Below are positions 49,139 to 57,672 of a DNA stretch of 64,000 bases, piece by piece. The notes beneath the pieces were generated by a model. It was not told the DNA's origin. It made no database searches and was given only the letters and a program-made list of their open reading frames with translations. Position numbers and translations under genes: made by a program. Numbering within the stretch: the first letter of the stretch is position 1; each line of letters starts with the position of its first letter. The stretch is taken from NCBI GenBank assembly GCA_050633305.1, contig JBOEGF010000032.1, forward strand, positions 96,001 to 160,000. Reading direction: 5' to 3'. The stretch comes from Nannocystales bacterium. Lineage in GTDB: Bacteria; Myxococcota_A; Polyangia; Nannocystales; Nannocystaceae.

Positions 49139-50131
49139 TCACACGCCGAGAAGCTCGCGAACGCTTCCTGTGACCGCGGCGGTCGGCAGGCACATTCGGG
49201 CGCCAGCCTTGCGGGCGGTGGCACGAATGTCGTCGGTCGGCGCATCGTGCACGGCGATGAGCTGCGCGCCGCCTTTGCCTTTCCCAGCCAAGGTCTCGAT
49301 GACCTTGGAGGTCGCAACGTCCGGAACGGTCAGGCTCAGGATGACGTACCGCGGCGGCGCCGATTGGGCGACCAGCAGCGCATCTGCACCCGTTTGCGCA
49401 GTCATGACCTCAACCGGTGGCTGAGCTTGCGCCAGTTCCTCTTTCACCCGAGCGCGGAAGTCCGCGTTTTGGGTGATGACCAAGACCCGTGAGACCTCGT
49501 CCGCAGGCGTGGCAGCTCCACCCTCCCCGTCCACGGTGTCCTCCTTGAGGTGGAACGCCTCGATGACCTTGCGGCGAACCTCGAGCACATCGAGCGGCTT
49601 GCGCAAGCAAGCAGCAGCGCCGGCGGCAAGGATGCGCTCGGTGTTCGCCTCGGTGTAGTAGCCGGTGATCGCGATGACCTCGGTGTCCTTGGTCGCCGAG
49701 TCCTTCTTGAGCCGAGTACAGACCTCGAACCCATCGACGCCGGGCATCATCAAGTCGAGGAAGATGAGCTGGGGTCGGAAGGACACCACGAGTCGCCCGG
49801 CATCAAAGGCGTCTTTGGCGACCTCGGCCTCGAACTGATGGTTGAGTTCCTTGACGACGTCGCGCACCAGGTCGAGGACGACCGGCTCATCGTCGACGAC
49901 GAGGATGCGACCGACCTCCGTACCGGTCGGCACGTTGAACGGAATGTTGCGCTCTCTGCAGACCCGCTCGAGGTCTTCGCGGCGGACTCGGCGGTGACCG
50001 CCGACCGTCTTGAACGCGGGGATGAGCCCGTCTTCGATCCAACGAATGACGGTCGTGGGCGTGACGCAGCAGATCTTCGCGACGTCGTGCGTGGAGTAGG
50101 TGTCTTTGACAGGTGGGCGTCCGCGGGCCAT
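49139..50131 (-). CDS. Response regulator: excisionase/MerR-type HTH + receiver + degenerate second receiver
   Basis: YSTHDVAKIC...TVIRWIEDG...TVGGHRR, ILVVDDE, FLDLMMPGVDG and LRKP. Confidence 0.9.
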   Translation of the reverse strand: MARGRPPVKDTYSTHDVAKICCVTPTTVIRWIEDGLIPAFKTVGGHRRVRREDLERVCRERNIPFNVPTGTEVGRILVVDDEPVVLDLVRDVVKELNHQFEAEVAKDAFDAGRLVVSFRPQLIFLDLMMPGVDGFEVCTRLKKDSATKDTEVIAITGYYTEANTERILAAGAAACLRKPLDVLEVRRKVIEAFHLKEDTVDGEGGAATPADEVSRVLVITQNADFRARVKEELAQAQPPVEVMTAQTGADALLVAQSAPPRYVILSLTVPDVATSKVIETLAGKGKGGAQLIAVHDAPTDDIRATARKAGARMCLPTAAVTGSVRELLGV

Positions 50132-50139
50132 TGGGAGTC

Positions 50140-52467
50140 CTAGGTCGGCAGGTCGGTGGGACTGGATGCGACAGCAGGGCGAGCAGGAAGGATGACCGTA
50201 AACCGGGCGCCCCTTCCATCGGATTCGACCACGATGTCGCCGCCGTGGTCTTGCACGATGCCATAGGAGATCGCCAGGCCCAGTCCGGTGCCTTTGCCGA
50301 TCTCTTTTGTAGAGAAGAAGGGGTCGAAGATGCGCGGGAGGACCTCGGGCGGAATGCCGTGCCCTTCGTCCGCGACACTCAGCCGTACTTCGTCCCCCTC
50401 GCGCGCGAGGTTGATGCGGACCGTGCCCCCCCGTGGCATGGCGTCGACGGCGTTGGAGAGCAGGTTGAGCGCGACTTGCTCGAGCTGGTCGGGATCGGCG
50501 TGCACCACCGCGGCGTCGTTGCGCTCTCGCATGACTCGCACGTTGTGCATTTTCCACTGATACTCGCCAATGCCAACCACCCGGTCGATGAGGGACCCCA
50601 AGTCGATCGGGGCGCGCTGGCCCCCCTCACGTTGGCGGGAGAACAGCAGCACGCCTTCGACGATCTTCCGGCAACGCTCCCCACTTTGGGCGATCTTCTC
50701 GACCTTTCGGCGGACGCCCTCGGGAAGGGTGCGTTGCTCGAGCAGAAGCTTGGAGTAGCCCACGACCCCTGACAGAGGGTTGTTGATCTCGTGGGCGATG
50801 CCAGCGGCCAGAAGCCCGACCGCGGCGAGCTTTTGGCTGCGCAGGATCTGGGTCTCGAGCGCTCTTCGGTCGCGCAGGTCGAGGCCGACGAACACAGCTC
50901 CGGCCGTCTCGCCCCCGGAGTCGAGACGACGGCCTTCGAGGTGCAGAGGAATCTCGTCGCCGCCGCGATGCCGCAGCGTGATCTCGCGGGCGACCTCCCC
51001 TTCGCGGAGCACGGTGTCCCAGAAGTCGGCCCACTGGTCGGGGACCTGTGCGACGCCAACCTCAACGCCGAAGCGCCGGCCTTCCGCCTCACCGCTGGGA
51101 ATCCCCAACAGCGCTTCGCTGGCCCGGTTCCAGGTCACCACGCGCCCCGCGGCATCGACCGAGCCCAAGAGCACGGTCGTCTGGTTGAGCAGCATCGACT
51201 GGTAGGCGGCGAGCTCGCGAGTCTCGAGGGTGAGCAAACCCGACGCGAGGCCAAGTGCGATCTGAGCCGCCACCGTTCCGAGCAAGGCCCGATCACGATC
51301 GTCCCAAGCGGCCCCGTCCTTGCGGCCGAGCAGCAGATGCCCCACGACGCCCGAGGGTCCGCGCAGCGGGACGCGGGCCACGTGCGAAAGCTGGGCTCGG
51401 GCTCCGAACGCAGCGGCGAGGGCGTTCCCCTCCTCGCTCGAAGCCAACACCACATCCCGGCCTTGCGCCCAGCTGTCCGGAGGAACTTCGTCTCCAGAGA
51501 GCTCCACGGCGGGTTGCGGCTGATCCCCGACGAGCCCCCATCGCTGCCATCCGTCCGCGGTCCGGGCGAGCACACAGACCCGATCGGACTCCAGCGCGGT
51601 TCCCAGGGCTGCACATGCAGCCAACACCGATTGAAGGGGGTCATCGGCCTGAACGAGGCAACGATCGACCTGTGCCACGAGGCGCTCTTCGAAGGCTCGC
51701 CGCCGTCGCTCGCTGAGATCGCGGATCAGCATCACCGCCGGGCCGGTCCCCGCGGCGAGCGAGAGCTCGGTCGGGACGGTCTCCCCGTCTCGGCGACGCA
51801 ACGTCATCTCGCCTTGCCAGCTCCCCGTCCGCGCAACCGTCAGCGCCCGCGACAAGGCCGGCACATCCCCGCGACTGGCGAGTTCCAGGACGCTCCGGCC
51901 GACGATGCCTTCGCCGAGCAGCGTGGTCGCCGAAGGGTTCGCGTGGACGACCCGGCCATCATTGTCGACGAGCAACACGCCCTGATCGAGAGCGTCGAGA
52001 CTGCGGGTCACCGCCACGCCCAACTCCGCTTCAGGACCCAAGCGCGAGGGACTGGTGGGATGACAGGTCACGACGACCGCCCCTGCCGGCAGGCTGGCGC
52101 TGCGCACGAGGATGTCCACGCGTGGTCCAAGTCGCGGCAACAGCCCGACCTCGAGCGCAAAACCTCGACCGCTGTCGCGCTCACGAAGCGCCCGGAATGC
52201 ACGACCGAACCCCTCACGCTCGCTGGCGCGGGAGAGCCACAACAAGAACGGCTCCCCCAAGCACGCGGGGGCCGTGAGGTGCAGGAGATCCGCGAAGGCC
52301 TTGTTTGCCTCCACCACCAAGCCCGCAGCATCGAGGACGACCGTCGCCACGGGAAGCGCTGCGACCACGTCGCGATGCAGCTCCGGCGAACCACCGGCCA
52401 ACGCCGCGGCGCGAAATCCGAGGGTCCCCTCTTCGTCTTCGGGATCGATATGCGGGTGCTTGTCCAT
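50140..52467 (-). CDS. PAS/GAF sensor histidine kinase
   Basis: Three PAS-like domains and a GAF. AGIAHEINNP, NLLSNAVDA, DEGHG and FDPFFSTKEIGKGTGLGL. Confidence 0.93.
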   Translation of the reverse strand: MDKHPHIDPEDEEGTLGFRAAALAGGSPELHRDVVAALPVATVVLDAAGLVVEANKAFADLLHLTAPACLGEPFLLWLSRASEREGFGRAFRALRERDSGRGFALEVGLLPRLGPRVDILVRSASLPAGAVVVTCHPTSPSRLGPEAELGVAVTRSLDALDQGVLLVDNDGRVVHANPSATTLLGEGIVGRSVLELASRGDVPALSRALTVARTGSWQGEMTLRRRDGETVPTELSLAAGTGPAVMLIRDLSERRRRAFEERLVAQVDRCLVQADDPLQSVLAACAALGTALESDRVCVLARTADGWQRWGLVGDQPQPAVELSGDEVPPDSWAQGRDVVLASSEEGNALAAAFGARAQLSHVARVPLRGPSGVVGHLLLGRKDGAAWDDRDRALLGTVAAQIALGLASGLLTLETRELAAYQSMLLNQTTVLLGSVDAAGRVVTWNRASEALLGIPSGEAEGRRFGVEVGVAQVPDQWADFWDTVLREGEVAREITLRHRGGDEIPLHLEGRRLDSGGETAGAVFVGLDLRDRRALETQILRSQKLAAVGLLAAGIAHEINNPLSGVVGYSKLLLEQRTLPEGVRRKVEKIAQSGERCRKIVEGVLLFSRQREGGQRAPIDLGSLIDRVVGIGEYQWKMHNVRVMRERNDAAVVHADPDQLEQVALNLLSNAVDAMPRGGTVRINLAREGDEVRLSVADEGHGIPPEVLPRIFDPFFSTKEIGKGTGLGLAISYGIVQDHGGDIVVESDGRGARFTVILPARPAVASSPTDLPT

Positions 52468-52591
52468 CGCGGGGACACCGTCCGTCTGGGGCGCGGCAGA
52501 GGCTCGATTCGCCCCATCTCGCCGCCGCTCTCGGTCTCACACGAGCGTACCGTACCCATGCGCAGGCCGCACGTGGTACTGCGGAGCCGCC

Positions 52592-53308
52592 ATGGCCGAC
52601 GATCAGCCCGCCCTGCCCCGGCACGCCGCCACCGTCGTCGTCACCCGCCCGACCCCACGCGGCGACGATGCGGAGATCTTCATGGTGCGGCGGTCGGCCA
52701 AGAGCCCGTTCATGCCCTCCACGCTGGTGTTTCCCGGAGGACGGCTCGATCCGGAGGACGGATCCCCGCAGCAGGACGACAGCTGGGATCGTGCGGCACG
52801 TCGGGAAACCGCTGAGGAGATCGGCGTCGCCTTGGATGTGGACCTCCTGTGGTTCGACACTTGGCTCACACCGTCCGCCGAGAGCCGGCGGCGCTACCTC
52901 ACGCGGTTCTACTGGGCCTGCATCGACCGTGGCGCGGGGGAACACGCAGAGGCCGATGGGCACGAAACCCACGAGGGGCGGTGGGCCACGGCGGCCACCC
53001 ACCTCGAGCGCTGGAAAGCCCAAGAGGTGGATCTCCCCCCACCGACCCTGGCGACTCTGCTCCGTTTGGCCCCTTTGGGCCTGGACGCCGCCACCAGCTT
53101 GCGTACCCTGGCACCGCAAGACGTCATTCTCCCGAAGGTCTTCGCAGCCCAGGGCGCCGTGCAGATCGTCATGCCCCATGATCCCGAGTACGCAGGCCTT
53201 CCCGGGGAGGCCGCCCCCGCTCCCGCCCGCGCGCACTCGCTGCCCACCCGCTTCTCTCGCCTCGAACGCGTATGGACGCCCGTCTCCCAGCCCTCCTCCT
53301 CGGACTGA
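52592..53308 (+). CDS. NUDIX hydrolase (Nudt19-like)
   Basis: AATVVV, VFPGGRLD, AARRETAEEIG and WLTP...RRY. Confidence 0.88.
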   Translation: MADDQPALPRHAATVVVTRPTPRGDDAEIFMVRRSAKSPFMPSTLVFPGGRLDPEDGSPQQDDSWDRAARRETAEEIGVALDVDLLWFDTWLTPSAESRRRYLTRFYWACIDRGAGEHAEADGHETHEGRWATAATHLERWKAQEVDLPPPTLATLLRLAPLGLDAATSLRTLAPQDVILPKVFAAQGAVQIVMPHDPEYAGLPGEAAPAPARAHSLPTRFSRLERVWTPVSQPSSSD

Positions 53309-54246
53309 CCCTCGCCGTCGCGTGCGACGACTCGAAGTCCAAGCCTGACCCCGGCACGCCCAGCGGCTCGACGCCCGCGGAGCCCGCAGCCGACACCAAG
53401 GCCGAGCCGGACACGCCAACCACGGGCGGCAACCCCCTGCTGGAGTGGCTCGACCCCGAAGCGGTCGCCATCGTCTATCTCAAGCGGGACGTGGACATCG
53501 ACCCGGAGTCGTTCGCGACCGCGTTCGCCGTTCCGCCCAAGCTCGCCCGCATGCTCCGCGACGTGCCGGCGGTGGTCGAAGGGCTCGATGCGATCCGCGA
53601 CGCCGCAGACCCACAGCCGCAGACGTGGTTTGGCCCGGAGGCGCTCGCATCGACCTCGATCGTCGCGTCGGGGACCTACGTCCTGCACACGCTCGACAAG
53701 CCCCGTGCCGACGTCGAGGGTTACCTCGAGCGCGCCTCCATGCGGGCCGACGAGATCGAGGGGTTCCGCGTGTTCCTGCCGCAAGGGCCGTTTCCGTGGA
53801 AGGTCGCCTTCCTCAACGATCGTGTCGTGGCGTTCGTCCCCGTCAAGGAGATCGGCTCCGGCCTCAGCCCGCTCACCGCGGGACGCGACCTACCAGCCTC
53901 CCGAGCGGAGCAAGAGCTCGAAGACGTCCTCAAACAAGACCCCTCTACGGTGCTCGAGGCCGTCGCGGCTGGACCCCTGCTCCACCTCGAACTCCACCAA
54001 GACCTCGCCCAGTACTCGGTGCGGGCCCGGCCGTTTCAGAAGAAGGGCTTGGAGGTCGAGGTCCAACTCGCCCCGATCGAAAACCCGACCCAGGCGGTCG
54101 CATCACTCGCTGAGCGCGATCTATCTCTGGAGACCGACGCCCTCGCTGCGCTTGCCAAGCGGGTCGCCTTCAGCGTCGAAGGCCCGATCGTCGTGGGACG
54201 GCTGCAGGCCAGCGGCGACGACGTGCGCACCCTCGGAGACGAGTGA
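53272..54246 (+). CDS. Hypothetical lipoprotein
   Basis: Lipobox AVAC, Pro/Thr linker and typical codon usage. Confidence 0.7.
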   Translation: MDARLPALLLGLTLAVACDDSKSKPDPGTPSGSTPAEPAADTKAEPDTPTTGGNPLLEWLDPEAVAIVYLKRDVDIDPESFATAFAVPPKLARMLRDVPAVVEGLDAIRDAADPQPQTWFGPEALASTSIVASGTYVLHTLDKPRADVEGYLERASMRADEIEGFRVFLPQGPFPWKVAFLNDRVVAFVPVKEIGSGLSPLTAGRDLPASRAEQELEDVLKQDPSTVLEAVAAGPLLHLELHQDLAQYSVRARPFQKKGLEVEVQLAPIENPTQAVASLAERDLSLETDALAALAKRVAFSVEGPIVVGRLQASGDDVRTLGDE

Positions 54247-55034
54247 TGCGTCGATTGGGGTGCCTGCTCGCGCTCGGCCTCAGCGCCTGCCCAGGACCCC
54301 GGACTGATCCGCCTCCCAGTCGACCGACACCCGAGCCCGCGCCAACCAAGGGGCTGCGCTCCTGTCCGGCGTCCCCCTCCTTCGAAACGCTGTCGTGGGT
54401 GCCGCCCGCGGCCGAAGCCGTGACGCTGATCGATCTGTCCAGCGACGCGCTGCCCGAGGCGCTCAAGAACCTCTCGGACGGAGTGCGGACGCCGCAGCGA
54501 CAACTTCCGATCCGCGTCTCGTTCGCGCTGGGGCAGTGGACCTGGCAGGTCCCGCTGCTGCGCACCACGCTTCGCCAAGCCGGCTTCGAACCGCAACAGC
54601 TCGTCCATGTCGCGCTGCCGGACGGCACGTCCGCGTGGGGCTGGTCGCCGAGTTGCGAGCTGGAAACGCTGAGCACCAACCTTGAGCAGGGCTGGCAGCT
54701 CCCGCTGCGCGCAACACCCTACGGGGCCGTCGCGATCGCCGGTTTGACCGAGGATGGGGATCCGGAGTTTCCCTACGACTTCCTCGTATACGGGGCGTCC
54801 GCGTACCTCCTGGTTCCCGCAGGGCGGGCCCACGCCGTGGCCCAACGTTTCGCCGAGCGTTCGAACGACCCTTCAGAGCCAGGCCTCGGCGAGCTCGCCG
54901 ACGGTCTCGAGGCAGCGCCGATTCGCCTGGTGGTGCGGACCGGCTCTCTGCTGACGCCCGGGGCGGACGCGAGCGCCCCATCCTCCACGACGACGCATCG
55001 CATCGATGCCCAGTCGTGGAACACCGGGCCGTGA
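54246..55034 (+). CDS. Hypothetical lipoprotein
   Basis: TGATG overlap with the previous gene and lipobox LSAC. Confidence 0.7.
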   Translation: MRRLGCLLALGLSACPGPRTDPPPSRPTPEPAPTKGLRSCPASPSFETLSWVPPAAEAVTLIDLSSDALPEALKNLSDGVRTPQRQLPIRVSFALGQWTWQVPLLRTTLRQAGFEPQQLVHVALPDGTSAWGWSPSCELETLSTNLEQGWQLPLRATPYGAVAIAGLTEDGDPEFPYDFLVYGASAYLLVPAGRAHAVAQRFAERSNDPSEPGLGELADGLEAAPIRLVVRTGSLLTPGADASAPSSTTTHRIDAQSWNTGP

Positions 55035-55132
55035 GTCGGCGACCCTGCCCCGTGCGGCGACGACCCATCTCCCGGCGGATTCGGCCTCACTTTTGCTGGA
55101 ACCTACGGATGCGGGACATTACGCTCGCGCCC

Positions 55133-55645
55133 ATGTCTGCCGAACGCGTGATGGCACTCCTCCCTCCGATGCTCGCCAAGGTGGCGGAGCTCGACCCAGC
55201 CGCCGCCACCGACCCACAGCGGGCCTCGGGTGTCCTGGCAGCCCTACGCGAGGCGTTCCCCGAAGACGGAGAGGCTGTTCGGGAGCTTGGCGCAGCACTG
55301 AATGCAGGTGTGGCCGACGGAACGATCTGCAACCGAGGTGACGAAAACGCCCGGTTCTGTCGGCTGGCCAAAGCCACCGAGGCCACGCACGGGCTGTCGA
55401 TCGACGTCGTCTCCCTCAAGGGTGCCGCGCTGGAACACACCCACCCAAACGGCGAGGTCACGCTCGGGTTTGCCGCAACCGACCAAGACGGCGCCGCGCG
55501 CTTCGACGGACACGCCCCCGGCTGGGTATTCATGCCTCCTGGGTCCAGGCACGTCCCCACGGTGGATGGGGGCCGCATGTTCCTGATCTACTTCCTTCCG
55601 GACGGAGCGGTGACCTGGCACCCCGAATCGTCGACCTCGGGGTGA
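55133..55645 (+). CDS. DUF4863 family (PnbB-like cupin) protein
   Basis: HGLSIDVV, HTHPNGEV and RFDG...GWVFMPPGSRHVPTV...YFLPDG. Confidence 0.8.
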   Translation: MSAERVMALLPPMLAKVAELDPAAATDPQRASGVLAALREAFPEDGEAVRELGAALNAGVADGTICNRGDENARFCRLAKATEATHGLSIDVVSLKGAALEHTHPNGEVTLGFAATDQDGAARFDGHAPGWVFMPPGSRHVPTVDGGRMFLIYFLPDGAVTWHPESSTSG

Positions 55646-55715
55646 AAACGGGCGCGCACGTGGCTGCAGGAGGCTTGCGCGCCGACGACGGTCGTGGGAT
55701 AGCTTCGGCGAAATC

Positions 55716-56438
55716 ATGCCCGTGATGCGCAACGGATCCTTCACCAGCATCGTCCTCTGCCTTGGCCTTCTCGCGCCCCTCAGCGGCTGCGACAAGAACA
55801 GGCCTGACGGGGCGGCTCAGCCTCCCGGAGGCGATGGTGCTGTCGCTGCCACCACCGACGGCGCGAGCGATGGCTCGGGCGACGACTCGGGCGGTGCGTC
55901 CGACGGTGGCGATTCCGGTGGCGACACCGGTGCGGAGCCGGCTCCCGCTGCCTGCGACGCCAAGGTGGCCGACACCCCCACCGCCCTGTTCGGCGACAAG
56001 GTCCTCATCCGCCCGCCGCTGAATGTCGAGCTGGTCGAAGAGAACCCCACAATGGCCCAAACCTACGCTTCGGGCGGGTTTGTGAGCGCTTGCGACGCGA
56101 CCGTCGACAAGATGTACCTGCTGGTCTTTCCCAACGACAAGAAGAAAGACGCGGCAACCTACATGGTCGAGACCATCGACGGAGCCCTGGTCGCGGCGGG
56201 CTACGCCAACGGCACCCGGGGCAAGAACTTCGTCGAGTCGGCGACTCAGGTCGACACGGCGGTCGAGTACCCCGCGGGGGAAGGCGCGCCTCCTGCCAAG
56301 CTCTACGTCTCGGTCAAGAAGCTCTACGACAACACCCTCGTGACCGTGTTCGTCACGCGCCCCGCTGAGTTCGACACCTTGGCTCCGACGTTCCAAGAGT
56401 CGGCGGCAAGCCTCATCGTCCTGCCCCCGGACGCCTGA
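55716..56438 (+). CDS. Hypothetical lipoprotein
   Basis: Lipobox LSGC, Gly/Asp/Ser linker and a globular C-terminal domain. Confidence 0.75.
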   Translation: MPVMRNGSFTSIVLCLGLLAPLSGCDKNRPDGAAQPPGGDGAVAATTDGASDGSGDDSGGASDGGDSGGDTGAEPAPAACDAKVADTPTALFGDKVLIRPPLNVELVEENPTMAQTYASGGFVSACDATVDKMYLLVFPNDKKKDAATYMVETIDGALVAAGYANGTRGKNFVESATQVDTAVEYPAGEGAPPAKLYVSVKKLYDNTLVTVFVTRPAEFDTLAPTFQESAASLIVLPPDA

Positions 56439-56501
56439 GTTGCACGCTGACAGCTGCGCGACCTCCACGTCGCGCGGCTCTTCGGGCTGATCGCTCGATC
56501 C

Positions 56502-56536
56502 ACGGGAGATCTCTGTTTCGACAGGATCTCCCGTTT
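56502..56536 (+). terminator. Strong hairpin, probable terminator
   Basis: ACGGGAGATC-T-CTGT-TTCG-ACAG-GATCTCCCGT followed by TT. Confidence 0.55.
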
Positions 56537-56651
56537 CGCGTTCGAGGCTCCCAACAACATGCCGACGCCCGACCGGAGATCTTGCTGATCCGGCCGGTTT
56601 CGGCTACACACCACGCTCGCGAAACACCCATACGGGCTTCGCGCTCCCCCT

Positions 56652-56726
56652 GACCCCATCGTCTAGCGGCCAAGGACGCCGGCTTTATTCAAGTCGGAAA
56701 CAGAGGTTCGAGTCCTCTTGGGGTCG
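56652..56726 (+). tRNA. tRNA-Glu-like gene with a 9-nt anticodon loop (atypical or pseudo)
   Basis: Acceptor GACCCCA/TGGGGTC, D arm GTCT/GGAC, anticodon stem CCGGC/GTCGG around TTTATTCAA, variable loop AAAC and T arm AGAGG-TTCGAGT-CCTCT. Confidence 0.85.
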
Positions 56727-56763
56727 TCCAGCCGGGTTTTTCATCCTCGACTCATTTTTCTGC

Positions 56764-56792
56764 TTGCATCCCGGGGAGCTGGCGCGTAAAAG
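56764..56792 (+). promoter_or_regulatory. Candidate sigma70 promoter for the tRNA-Glu/tRNA-Lys pair
   Basis: TTGCAT-N17-TAAAAG with T-tracts upstream. The -10 element is imperfect. Confidence 0.4.
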
Positions 56793-56832
56793 CTCCCCCA
56801 CTTCAACGGCTGCCCCTTCGGAGGCATCCTTT

Positions 56833-56904
56833 GGCCCCATCGTTCAGCGGTTAGGACGCGAGGTTTTCATCCTCGAAACCAGGGTTCGATTCCCTGTGGG
56901 GTCA
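56833..56904 (+). tRNA. tRNA-Glu(TTC)
   Basis: GGCCCCA/TGGGGTC, anticodon arm CGAGG-TTTTCAT-CCTCG and T arm CAGGG-TTCGATT-CCCTG. No encoded CCA. Confidence 0.95.
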
Positions 56905-56912
56905 CTAGATTC

Positions 56913-56985
56913 GGGCTAGTAGCTCAGCTGGCAGAGCAGCTGACTTTTAATCAGCGGGTCGTAGGTTCGAACCCTACCTGGCTCA
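56913..56985 (+). tRNA. tRNA-Lys(TTT)
   Basis: GGGCTAG/CTGGCTC, GCTC/GAGC, GCTGA-CTTTTAA-TCAGC and GTAGG-TTCGAAC-CCTAC. Confidence 0.96.
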
Positions 56986-56989
56986 CTCC

Positions 56990-57024
56990 AAGGGTCTCGG
57001 CGCTACGGCGCCGGGGCCCTTTTC
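56990..57024 (+). terminator. Intrinsic terminator of the tRNA transcript
   Basis: AAGGGTCTCGGCGC-TACG-GCGCCGGGGCCCTT followed by TT. Confidence 0.85.
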
Positions 57025-57048
57025 ATTTGCCCACGGTCTCGCGACACT

Positions 57049-57672
57049 GTGTTCGTGGTGCCCATCGATGAAGCCGCCGCGCCGACGCCCGAGAGTGTCG
57101 AACTGAGCATTCGGCGCAGCTGGGACGCCGGGGACATGGAGACCGCGGCGACCCTCGCGATTCGCGGCTATGGACCTGAGCTGCTCGGGTACCTGCACGC
57201 GATGGTCCACGCGACCGACCCCGACGAGCTGTTCTCACGACTGTGCGAGCAGCTGTGGAAACATCTCCCCTCGTTTCGCTGGGAGAGCAGCGTACGGACC
57301 TGGACGTACACCGTGGCCCGGAACCTCGCGCGGGGGGAGGCTCGTGCGGCCGCGGGCCCACGCGGCAAGGTCGAGGGCTTGCGCGAGACCCACGCATCGC
57401 GCATCGCTGCGGACGTCCGCAGCACCACCGCCTTGCACCTGCGAACCGACTCCAAGGACGCCCTGCAGCAGATCCGCGATGAACTCGACCCCGACGATCG
57501 CACGCTGCTCATCCTGCGGGTTGACCGCGGCATGGCCTGGCGCGAGATCGTCGAGGTCTTGGACGACGGCGGGCATGAACATGACCCAGCCAAGGCCGCT
57601 GCCGCCCTCCGCAAGCGCTTCGAGCGGCTCAAGGAGAGGCTCAGGCGCGAGATGGCGGCGCTTCGCTCATGA
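57049..57672 (+). CDS. ECF RNA polymerase sigma factor (myxobacterial type)
   Basis: YGPELLGYL, LPSFRWESSVRTWTYTVARN, LDPDDRTLLILRVDRGMAWREI and LRKRFERLK. Confidence 0.88.
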   Translation: MFVVPIDEAAAPTPESVELSIRRSWDAGDMETAATLAIRGYGPELLGYLHAMVHATDPDELFSRLCEQLWKHLPSFRWESSVRTWTYTVARNLARGEARAAAGPRGKVEGLRETHASRIAADVRSTTALHLRTDSKDALQQIRDELDPDDRTLLILRVDRGMAWREIVEVLDDGGHEHDPAKAAAALRKRFERLKERLRREMAALRS

